Shown here piece by piece: positions 40,601 to 52,600 of a DNA stretch of 64,000 bases. The translations under genes and the position numbers were made by a program. How positions within the stretch are numbered: the first letter of the stretch is position 1; every line of letters starts with the position of its first letter. The notes below the pieces were generated by a model. The model did no database searches. It was not told the origin of the DNA and saw only the letters and a program-made list of their open reading frames with translations. Where the stretch lies: NCBI GenBank assembly GCA_977030845.1, contig OZ365113.1, forward strand, positions 13,268,001 to 13,332,000, written 5' to 3'. Origin of the DNA: Fimbriosthenelais zetlandica. Taxonomy: Eukaryota.

Positions 40601-43600
40601 AGAGGTGCCTATATCGGGATATAGGTTGTTAATTTTGGGAATTTTCAGTTGATGTATTTCGGTTACCTTGAATTTAAGTATACCACATGCATGCAATGCT
40701 TGCATACTATATGGAGATCATACTCACAGCAATGTAAAGATTGATGAACCAGTTGAGAGCATATTGGTACATGGGATCAATGGAGGCTAGGTCAGAGATA
40801 GTGAAGAAGAGGATGCTACTGTGTTTAGCTACAGGTCGGTAACCATTTCTCACTTCGTCTATTCTGCTCTCTGTCTCCATAGCAATAGACTGTTTCTCTG
40901 ATATTTCAGCTGATAATATTTTAGATGAAGAGAGTATCTCTATAGCTGTCTCATCTTCCAAAATATTGCCCTGAAAACAAGGAAAAGAAAGAGTTATTCA
41001 CTGTGACACTGATCAGGGCTGTATTTAGGGGGGTTACAGGGGTTCTGTAACCCCCCCTGCTGATCCAAAAAATATTTCAAGTTATTTTTCAAGTTAATAT
41101 TTCAATATAATTATCTAACCAGAAATGAACATTGTATGCCATCACGTGATATGGGGCACCTAGCCTGCATCGCTGTCCCCACTCAGAACGGGATGGGACC
41201 CGAGGCGAATATTTTGTCTATGGGGTACCTTGAGCCATAGGCCTATATATGTAGGCCCAGGCTAAAAAAAATCGTTCAAAAATCCTGGGATTGTTCTTTC
41301 AGAGCCCTATTCTTTGTTCCAAAAATGCACCAAATACCACCTTAGATTCCAAAATTTTCCGGGGGGGCATGCCCCCGTACCCCCCTAGTACATATTTTTG
41401 CCCATGTTGTAACCCCCCTTAAAAAAATCCTGCATACAGCCCTGCTGATGCCCTCACAAACCTCAAGTAATGGTAAGCACGGGCAACCCCATATATAGGA
41501 TTATATGGTTGAAATTATTATGGTAATATTTAACAGTTCATAAACTAACTTGAGACGTTGAGAGGACTTCTAGGATTTTGTCCTCTATCTCTTTGAGTTG
41601 CCTCCGGTTGTGAGCACTCTCTAAGATAAGCTCATTCTTCTGGTCTTCCAATGCTGGTTTCTCTTTGGCAGCCACCAAACCCAGAAGCTGCTCTTCCAGA
41701 CCAAGCGGTGTGATCCGGAAATTCACAAGGGTAACCTATAACATTGACAGTTCGAATGTTCTGTAGCTGGAAATTTATATTGTAAATTCGTATTGTAACT
41801 TCTGTTTTTTTTTTATCAAAATGAGTACATTATCTGGAATCAAGATGAAGGGATTCAAAGTTGGCCCACCTTGACAGACACCTCTGGGAGGTAATGTGGA
41901 TTCCTGAGACGTGTGGTTATATAAAACTTGAAATCTTTGCTGTACTCTATGATCTGGTCACCCAACCTAATGTACTCAATGTTGTTTTGTTTGAAGGTTT
42001 GTCTCAAGAGAAGAGGTTCCAGGATAGCATCCAATTCTTCGCCGATATTCTCCATTAAACAGGGGTTTCCAAACTGCAATAAAAGGAAGAAATTAAAGTA
42101 TCGAACTGACTCAAAGTTAAAAATGTTCTATTGCTTTAGCGCAAACATATTATTGTCGAACGAAATCAGAGTCAGTTCCTTACTTGAATGCAATTTTCCA
42201 ATGTCCTGAGGTATGTGGGTTCAGTCTGTTTTACGACTTCCAACTTGTTACTTTTCTCCATGTTCTTCACCCATTTGTTTGCTTGCCCCTGAGGATCTAT
42301 CATCAGAGGCCATCGATTGGCACATGTGGCTATGATGGCATTATCAGTGGAAAAACTGAAATGGTCAAGTCAGGAACAATACATATTCAAATGTTCAATG
42401 AAATCATATGGATGTGACAATTAACTTTGCAAATTATCTGAGGCAAGTACTCACCTATCAACAGGCAGACCAGCTATTTGCCAGTCTCTTATTTTTACAG
42501 GTTCCCCAAGAGTATCTGACAGTGAGAACTTCTCTGATACGGGGATGCCTCTTTCAAGACACATCCGGTGCCATTCGGTCAAGCATTCCTGTGACATTAA
42601 AGGTATATGAATATTTTTTACGTTATATATACATTCAATATACAATATTTATACCATCTAATATCAATAATAATATTCCACATAGTTTACCTGTCGATAA
42701 TCCATGATAAATGGGCCAAGGTAGGCCACCATGGAAGCCGACAGTAGGACATCGCCCACTATATTATCATAGGTGTCATTGAGGTCTTTCACGTTCTGTG
42801 TCCAGCGTTCCTTCTCACCTCCAAGCCCAGAAATCAATTTCTCTGCGCGAACAATCTTCACTTTGGTCATTTCAATGTTGTTCTCTAAGTCCTATCAAGA
42901 AATTAAATTAATGTCATGGACTTTGGAGCAAGTTTGGAAATGTCTGCATTACTGTGAGCGTGAGCAAAAATGAAGACTATATATAAATTAGACAACCAAC
43001 CGCTTTCTTGTTTTGCTTGTTGCTGAGTTCATCTGTGAGGTCTTGCAGCTTGGCTCTTACATCCTTCAATTCAGCTTGCTTAATCTTAAAGAGAATGTGT
43101 CAAATGATATAAAGAAAAAACTCACTGATTGCTGGAGAAAATTCAGCAGGTAGACTCGTACTTACTGCTAGTTGACCCATTTGAGTGGCGAATGTGGACT
43201 CAGCCTCTTTAAGACTTTCCTTTTTTGGTGCTACAACCTGACAAGAAAAGGAAAAACATTACCTGACATGTCTATCAAACGATACAAATTATAGCGAGGT
43301 TACAACTGCGGAGATTTCATATTAGATAGAATAAAGTGTTAACTTCCTAAGGGGAAGTTCTTACCTTGGCCACTTTATCATAGGTGTTTACAGCTCTCAC
43401 CCATTTACAGAGACCTTCACAAGCTGAGGAAACGTTTTTAATTATGTCTGGATTGAAGTCCGGATTGCCAATATAACGATCTCTAATCTTCCTTATGATG
43501 GGTACTGGTATGTTGTCTTTGTCATATTCCTTTAAACTATCCAGGAAATGTAGATCGCTCAGGAGCTAAATGAAAGGAGAAAGCCATTATAAGAAACTTT

Positions 43601-46600
43601 ATATTTATGTTCAAGCCTAATGGAAATCTTAATTGGACGATATGGATATATGGCAATAAAGACAGAATCATTTGAAAACATGAACTACTTTTAATCTGAA
43701 ATTACCTTCTTAGCATTAGGCCAGTAGTCATCGATTGGCTTTCCTGAGGAATCATTCACTCTCTTGGGAGGTATTCCCTTATGAAAGGAAGAAACAATAA
43801 TGGATTTTTGCATTACTGAAAATAAAGAAACTAAGTTTCGTATAAAATCTTAGAACGATTCCTACCTTGAGAACACAGATAGCTTCCATGACCAGCCTGA
43901 CACCTGTGGGTGGGTTGGTCATTGCCTTGACTATACTGATATCATTCTGCTTCAAGGTATTCAAGGCACTGATGGCGGCATTCATAGCAGGCATTGCAAT
44001 GGCCAGCTGTTCCTCACACTCAGTCTGTCAAAAAGTGATAAAGCCTAGACCTTTTTCTTTTTCAAAAAGAGAATTGATAAATACATTTTTTAAATGGCAG
44101 TTAAATATATTACACAAGTAGATCTATATTATTACAAACTTTGATGGCTTGTGCGTCCATGGCTGCTTTGTTTGCCACTGCTTCGTCTGCCTCCACAATA
44201 GCCTTGACTTGTTCAACTTCTACCGTCTCTTTTTCTATGACCAAAATCAGTTCATCTGTTTCTTTACTTGTTTCAATTAACTTGGGTTGTAAATCTTGCA
44301 AGTCCTTCTGCATTACAGCAATCTAAAAAATATTGTTAGAGTACAGTAATTAATTATCATTAAAAGAACAAGGGTCGGAAGTGATTAAGAATGTAATGCC
44401 GAACAGAATCATTTACCTGAGATTCAGAGAATTCCAGTTTTTCCAGCCCAACCACATATCTGTCCTTCAAAGTCAACAGCTCCAGTCTCTTTTTGTTGAG
44501 TAGATTTTTGAACGTTTTGATGAGTTCCAAGTATGAAGTAGGTGTGACATAATTCCTTTGTCGCATTGTTTCATAGTATCTACCGATATGTAATATATAA
44601 TTAATGATGTCCCTTTAGGCCTAATCAGTGTTATATCATATATATTCCATTTTAAGTAAATGTGAATAGAGCTCCACAGGTGACTATACTCAGAGTATAC
44701 TAAGATGTACTTAATATTTATAATTTCGTTCATTCGCACATACAATTTAGGGAAGTAAAATATGAGAAGTTAGTGGTTATTATTAATGCTATCACACTGG
44801 AAATTATGTAAATTTTAAAGGTCATTTTAAAAACTTTAGAGAACTGAAATACATTTAATATAAGTATCCAGGTTTAGTCAAATGGTCTTAATTATGGACA
44901 AGTCAATTAACATGATTCATTTTTGAATATTATGCAAGTAATAGGACAAGTAGGGGACAATTAAAATACATTTCACCATTACTAATCTGTCTTTTGTTTT
45001 CAATTATGAATAGGTGTTAATACCTGTCAGAGAGTGCTCTAACACTTTGGTGAAAATGCTGACATACTGTGACTGTATGATCACGAACATCTTGTGACAT
45101 CTCCACATCATCTAGAAACTTGTGGGCCACAAGTTCAAGTGCATCTTCAGGCCATGGCTGGCAAAGTAACACAGAGTTAGAAAATCACAAAAATCATTCA
45201 TGAATATCATTCTAAAACACATATATATGGCACTGAAAATAAACTGTTAATAATCAATGTTAAAAAGTCAATGAAATGTCCACTTCTCGGTCAAATGAAA
45301 ACAACATGATGTGTTGAGTATAAATGATGTGGAATCAAAGATCTTTTTTAGATAACTGATTGCACTTTCACACCTATATCAGAGAGGGTGACCACACTCT
45401 GGTGGAAATATTGACAGTGATCTATAAGGGAATGGTGCTCAGCCTGAGTGCCTCTAAGAGGTAAGTTTCCTGGAGATAACTCACGGCCAGCATCTGAAGA
45501 GCATAGATCTCCTGGCCATGGCTATAAGATGACAAAATCAAATATTTTTTCATTTGTAAAACGTGGTACAGGTAATTACAGAAGAATCAAAGCCTATCAG
45601 GAAGGCCAACTGCTAAAAAAAATGTGCCCATTCAGAGCATTGATTGGCGAGAACCTTGCGTTGTCAATTCACCCTTCACTTACCTGAAACCAGTCTATAG
45701 TGCAGCAGTTAATGAGGGATGGGAACATCCTCAATCTGCTCCTGAAAGCATCTCCTATAGGGCTAAAAGCGAGCACCATATGGAGATTCCGCCGGATTCT
45801 CTCTATGAACTTGTTATACATGTTCAGGGGTGTCAACTCTGCAGTTGGATTTTCCGCTTGAGCTATCACTTGCATCTGAAAAACAATCATTAGAACATCA
45901 AAGAAATCGCATAAATATTAAAGATATGTACATCCTTACAAGCCCAAGAGTAATCAATTGCAACCCATGCGTTATCAGAAATCAAGAATATTTTACCTTC
46001 TCAATGATTTCTAATCTCTCTTCATTTTCGTAGATATTGGGTATATCTGCCGTGTTAAGGAGCATATTAATGTCCTCAAGGAATGCCTCTTCCTACCGGA
46101 TTGATTAAACAAAAAAAGAAATTTATCAGTATATTTGAAGGAGACAAAATTAGACGATATCAACACTGTTGACCAACTTTCTTCATACCTTCATTTGATG
46201 GTCAGCAAAGAGGAAGACGGTGGAGACCCCCTCCTCACCCGCCCGTCTCATCATTCTCCGCAGATCCTCGCGCCAGTCTGCCATGCCATAGTTTTTGGTC
46301 ATTTCGATTTGAAAAAGCATGAAATCTGCCATGAAGGCTGCCAAACGAGAGGCACTCTGTCTGCCACTCCCTCCAATACCTAAGATGCAGATAAAATATC
46401 TATAAATCTAGCTATGATAATCCCATTGTTTGATATGTAGGAATTAAATGAAGAATGCTTGGAATTAGGATCCAAAGTAGACATAACTTACCCACAAGCA
46501 GACAGTGGCCATTGGGCTGTTTTAGCACACGGCTTATTCGTGAAATATGTTCAATGGCAAACCTGAAGAGGACCAGGTTCATCGGTGCTTTACTCATGAG

Positions 46601-49600
46601 GTTATAATCCTCCAGGTACTTCTCCATCGTCTGATTAAACAAGGTAAATTGAACCTTACAAGTGTGTCATACTAAACCGAAAATAAACTGAAGATAACCA
46701 GTAAGTATCCCAATTAATCCAGTTAATGAAATGTTCAGTTCATCAATGGTTTGGCCTAATGTCATACCTCTCGTAGGAGATCGATATCTTTCACTTCATC
46801 ATAAAGTTTCTCCTCTTTGGTGCCCAGGTAGTCCCCAAACATGAGGCTCCTCAAATCATCATCCACTGGCTGCTTACCTGGCTTAGCCAGATGCTCAAAC
46901 AACTTGTTGAATTTCTCCTTGAAATTAACCTCTATAGTCATCTGTAGAGGAAAATTGGTTTATATTCCCTTGGAAGAGTGTCCAAGAATGGAAAAGTTCT
47001 CTGAATAATTCCATGCAAATAATTGTCATTTAACAACATCAGGACTTTAACTAACCTTGACATTCTTAAAGAATAATTTTCTGTCTTCCTCATCAACAAG
47101 TCTGTCATAGAAGACCCGGTAGACCTCATGTGCCCACAGTCTGATGATTTTATGGCCTCCTTCTGTCCCATCTGGTGTGACAAATGGTTTCAGCAAAAGT
47201 ACTCCCTGAAATGAAATGTAAATAATGAAAGCATGCTGAGGTAGATCACATTAGCCATCAACATTAGCATAAATATTATTTTCTAGAAGTATCACTCACT
47301 TGAACCACTCTTGCAAAATCCCTGAGGTTGAAGATATAGTGGGACTTGGTTGGTGTTGGTAGAAAGTTGGTAACGGCGTGTTGATAAACCTCCATTGTGG
47401 CAGATATGATAATCTAAAAGGATGATAGCTGAAATTTAACATTTCAAACAATACCTTTGAATTTTTAGAATATATGTATACTTACTTGGAATCAATTACC
47501 TAGTTCCTTCATTTCTAAAATAGAAAATGGAATAATATTATATATGTATCTGTGTAAAAGGCTTAATTACCCTGGAATATCTTCTGTGACCTGCTTCAAA
47601 GCCTGTAGTAAAATGCCAATCAACGATTGGTCCAAATATGTTCTTCATGGTCTCCTCATCAAAGGAATCTATGCCTATCATATTGAAGTGACGTAAGAAC
47701 CTGTGAGTCACGTGATTTCTGCCCCCTCCAGGAGGTGCCATTGCGGCCAACATAATGAGATCCTCTAAGTATAATATTGAGGTATCTTTTCTGTAACAGG
47801 AAATAATATTAAATAATGATTACTGTAGTATTTTCAACAGAATTCAGGTAAGATAGGAAGGAAATCTCAATGATATGTAAACAATAAATTTATGTTCATA
47901 AACCTGTACCTGTCAAACCAGTAGCCTTGGTCGATCCACTGTCTGAGAATCTCGATTGGTGGCTGTGCACCATATTTCTCCTTCATTGGCATGTTCAGAT
48001 CGTCCACAAAAACGCACATTTTTTTGCCAATAGTAGGACCGTAGACATTCTTTTTCCGCCTAAAACCAAATTGGAATATGATTATATGGCCTAGTATTTT
48101 GGTTAACTTAAATCCAATCAAGAAAAAATTTATTACTTACCTGTCGAGCTTGGAGAAGATTATATCCTGAGTCTGGTTTGAGGAGGTCCTTGCAGAGAAA
48201 TTGATGTTACAGATGGTGTATAAATCTCTGGGTAGCTGAAGCAGGTAGCTGTTAGTGATGGCCGACTTGCCAGTACCGGTAGGTCCAACAAATAACACTG
48301 GCTGACCATTACTGACGAACTGCCGGAGGAAGTACCGCAGTCTCTCAGTCTCCACAGTTTCAATGATTAGTTCATTCACCTGTAATGGTTCAATAATCTC
48401 TCTCAGAATCTTTACTTGGTATACTTGTTTCAAGGGTGACCAGACATTATGAGTGGTATAATATTTTCACAGTGTGGGGGACTGCTTATAAATAAAAAAT
48501 CATAAAACTTATAACGGTTTAACTCTAACCATGCATACACAAATACATAGAAATGGATTTTATACAGTGATTGAGAGGAGCAATCTGGACTGTAGGAATG
48601 ACAGAATATTTACATGAAAAGTAAAGATAGGTTCAAGATCATTTAGAATATCAATTCATAAATGCATACACCTTAATCAAATGCAAATTCACAATGTTAA
48701 ACCACATCATCTCACGAATCAAGAGAAATTATGATTTTGAGGACATCAGTCTGAATCAGGAACAGAAATATATCATGCAATATTATCAGGAACAAGATCA
48801 AGGTTGATAAAGGGTTTTTAAATTGGATGAATGCAGGCAGGGTTTGAGGATGGAGGAAATGAAGAGTAGAAAGACTAAGGTAGAGCTGGATACAAACTAA
48901 AAAAATAAATAAATGTAACAGTCGAGGTAACTTCTTTTAGGTGTCTTACCATCTGGCGCAGCTCGTGTTCCCTCTAAATGCGTATCACACAAAAGCAGAG
49001 ATATTGATAAATGAAAAAACCATGGACTGACCCAGCATTTACAGCAATGTACATTATCCTCAAAAAATTATAATTCACACCGAATTCAGAGACATATTTA
49101 ACACAAGTTGAAATTCGAGACATATTTAACACAAGTTGAAATTCAAGACAAAACTGCGGTCACCCAAGGAGGAAAAACGATGTGAAATATCTTTTACAAA
49201 AGAGTTTATAATGTAATATGAAAATGTAAGATGCACAGATACAGATTTTACCAGAATAGTAATGTATAGGCTTATCTAAGTTACCTTGATGTCCTGAAAA
49301 TATAGGTAAAAAAGATAAAAATGAAATTAAATATTAATAGCTCTAGATGGTCTAGATGGTCCATCATGAATGTTTGATTATCTGTGGAAACAAACATCTC
49401 GTCAAGAATGTCCAAATGGATTTTATATTAAAATTAAATATAAATTGTATAGAAGAATTTCATTTGAAAACAAATTAAACGTTCGACATATTAGTGTTAG
49501 ATAATGAAAAACATGTTAGATAATGACTGTGGAATAAAAAAACTTCCATTCGCCAAAAGTCCTATAAATCTTGTAGAGTTTTAATGAATTTGTATCATGC

Positions 49601-52600
49601 ACTGAATTTACGGTGAAATGCTTGTGTTTGTTTCACATATAATGTAATATAGTCTAGGTTTCAAATATAGGAATGAAATTCATGCATACTGATGCCACTA
49701 GCGCAAGATTGGTGTTAAATGCGCAGGTCTGCTGCAATCAAATTAACATTGGGCATCTTTCAAACAGGTTTATCATCCTGAGCACAATTTCACTGATGTA
49801 AAAGGTCAGCTGGTGGCATACAATATGCAGGAATTTATGAGGAATTCCATGTTCCGTTTTATACCTTAGCATTGCTTGCCACATTGATGGGTGGTACGAT
49901 GTTCCCCCAAGTGTTCCATGATCCAAACTGGCGATAAACGTAGACATGGTCGTAGACAAGGCCTTTCTTAGGAATTAGCAGAGTTCTGGCTATTTTCAGG
50001 TCTTTCGGTCTGCCCAGGCAATGTGAAAAATATTTAACTAATTTAGTACAGATTGCATGAATGAGAAACGTTTTTGCAACATGCTTTCTGCAATTATTGC
50101 TGCTGATTTCTACATGTATGCTGAGAAGCTGTGGTTAGTTACTGCCTAATATTGCAGAATGTTATTACTTTCTCTATTCAAATGTTCATAAGTACTCAAT
50201 GGTTTATGTTACAATACATGTTAGTAGAAAAAACAACAATGCAAAGCACAACAAGTTCGCAAGATATTGCATGTTCTACAATACAATCTGAATGCACATA
50301 TAAAAGCCAAAGTTATAAAGGTTTGCGCACAGCACGTTCTGAAACACATCTAGCTATTTTTTCCTTCGTGATGCAGACCTTGAATTTTTTATCGAGATCT
50401 GTGCCTTGGACCAAACTTTGCCAGGTTTTCAGTGATCCCATATTGGTTTGTGTATAAATATAACTACATGTAAACAGCTTGGATTGCTTGGGCATCAGGG
50501 CACAATTAGAGATTTTAAGTCGTGGTGGTCAAAGCAATATTGAAGGCAAACAAGCAAAGGAACATATTAATTGCTATATAGCAAACTTCAAAATAGGGTA
50601 CCGGTACCTTAATTAAATTGTGTATACCTAAATTGATTTCTAGCCCTACAATAGTATAGCTTATCTATAGACCTGTGTTGATTTTCTTAAATGAAGAAAG
50701 CATGGCAGAAAGCAAAGAAACTACTTGGATTATGTTGGTGTTTGTAAAAATATCATAAAAGAAACTTATGGGTTGGATATATTTGATCAATAAAATTCCT
50801 CAAACTATAGGGAATCTTTGTCAAAGCAAGTTAACATCCATTTTGAAAGCAATATGGTCGCTATTGGGAAGGCTAGTAATTATCCAACATCACAAAAATG
50901 AAAATGCCACACCTCAGTTCTGAGCCACAGCTAATGAAAGTTTTCCAAGTAAAAATTAGATAAACAAATGTTATAATAAAAAACCCATTTCGTAGTTACA
51001 TGGAGCAATAACTATATAAAAGATAGAAATAATCTACAACGTTCGATATTGAGCTATAAGGAGTAAAAGAAGCTCTTGGTAATTGAAATCGAGAATTCTT
51101 TCACATAAAAGTGACTTAATCACATAATTACCTGGGGTATTTGCCTTTGTTGCCCTCTGATTCACAAAGTCCTCGGAAGAACTCGTCAAATTTTAATCTT
51201 GAAGGACCATCTAGTACTGCTGCCACTGACCACACCAGAGAAAACATGAAGTGAGCAATCATCATGTTGTGCTTTTCTTCTAAAATCTTCTGTTCAGACA
51301 CTGACAGTTTTTGACTTTCAACAGGCACTTCTTCCCCGTCATCTTCCTCATCTTCACCCATCATGATATCGCTGTCGTCATCCTCCTTACCCAGATTCCT
51401 GAAGTAACAGTTATTTTAGGCGATTTCAAAAATCAATGAATGAATGAACAATTGTGAAAATAACAGTATACCATTGAATAATCTAGATCTAACGTTCGAA
51501 AGGAACACTCACTTCACTTCTTCCAGCATGCAGCGATATAGCTTCAGCATGCTCATTGTGAGATGCATGGGATGGCAATTGACGAATTGCTTACAGTATT
51601 TGCTGACAAAATTCAATGCAGGAGGCAACAGCCATTCAAACAGCAACTGCAAAAAACAGCCAATCATTCCGACATATTACACACATGAGTTTCTTTTCAC
51701 ATTACTGGCATTACGAAATTGATAGGCTGTAGTTAACGCTCACTTGGACAGTGGTCCTTTGTTCAGCATTAAGAATGTCTGGTAGTTCCTTGTTCATCCA
51801 TGACTTGACTAAGGGTTCCCACCCGAGTTGTAGGGGTTCCATGTATATCATGCCACATCTGCAATAGGTGCTTCACTCTCAAACATCTTTCTAATGGTTA
51901 TAATATGTGAGGAATGAATATAGAATGCACGGTCCTCACCTACTGACAGTGGCAGGAGAAGCTTGCTCTAGATCCTGAGGTTCAAACATCATGTTCATCT
52001 TATTGGACATCTGAATGATCTCACCACTCATAAGGCAGAGCTGGAGAAAATATAGATTGAGGTGGTATTAAGCTCAGGGTCAAGCCAAAGATACTCGACT
52101 CAAATATCAGGTCAGACAATAATAATTTGTTGAACCACTCGAGTATATACCTTCTTGTTATCGTCGAGTACTGTGTTCATATTCTCAATCCAGACAGCAT
52201 CTACTGGACCATCAAATATGATCCACTTCCGCTCGTCAGTTGTACTGATGGAGAATTCACGGAATGTGTTGGCCAACACGCCTGAAAGTAGAACCAATCG
52301 TGAGAAGCAGGTTTTTTTTGTTTTTTTAGTTAGAATTCTTATAGAGCCTGTTATGGGTGAATACCAACTGAACTAACTCCCCTCCCATCAATTACTGACG
52401 GACCACACAACCGTTCAGTTTGACTTACCATCAGACCATTCATGAGACACAGGATCAAAGCTGCCATACAGCTGCCCCATTGTTACTGCTTTTGGGTTAA
52501 TGATCCTCATGATGACCTAAAGTGTAATAATATTGGCATTAAATGACAAGAATTTTCGATGAATCTTCTCCACTAATAGTGTGAAAAATCAGAAGTTATA

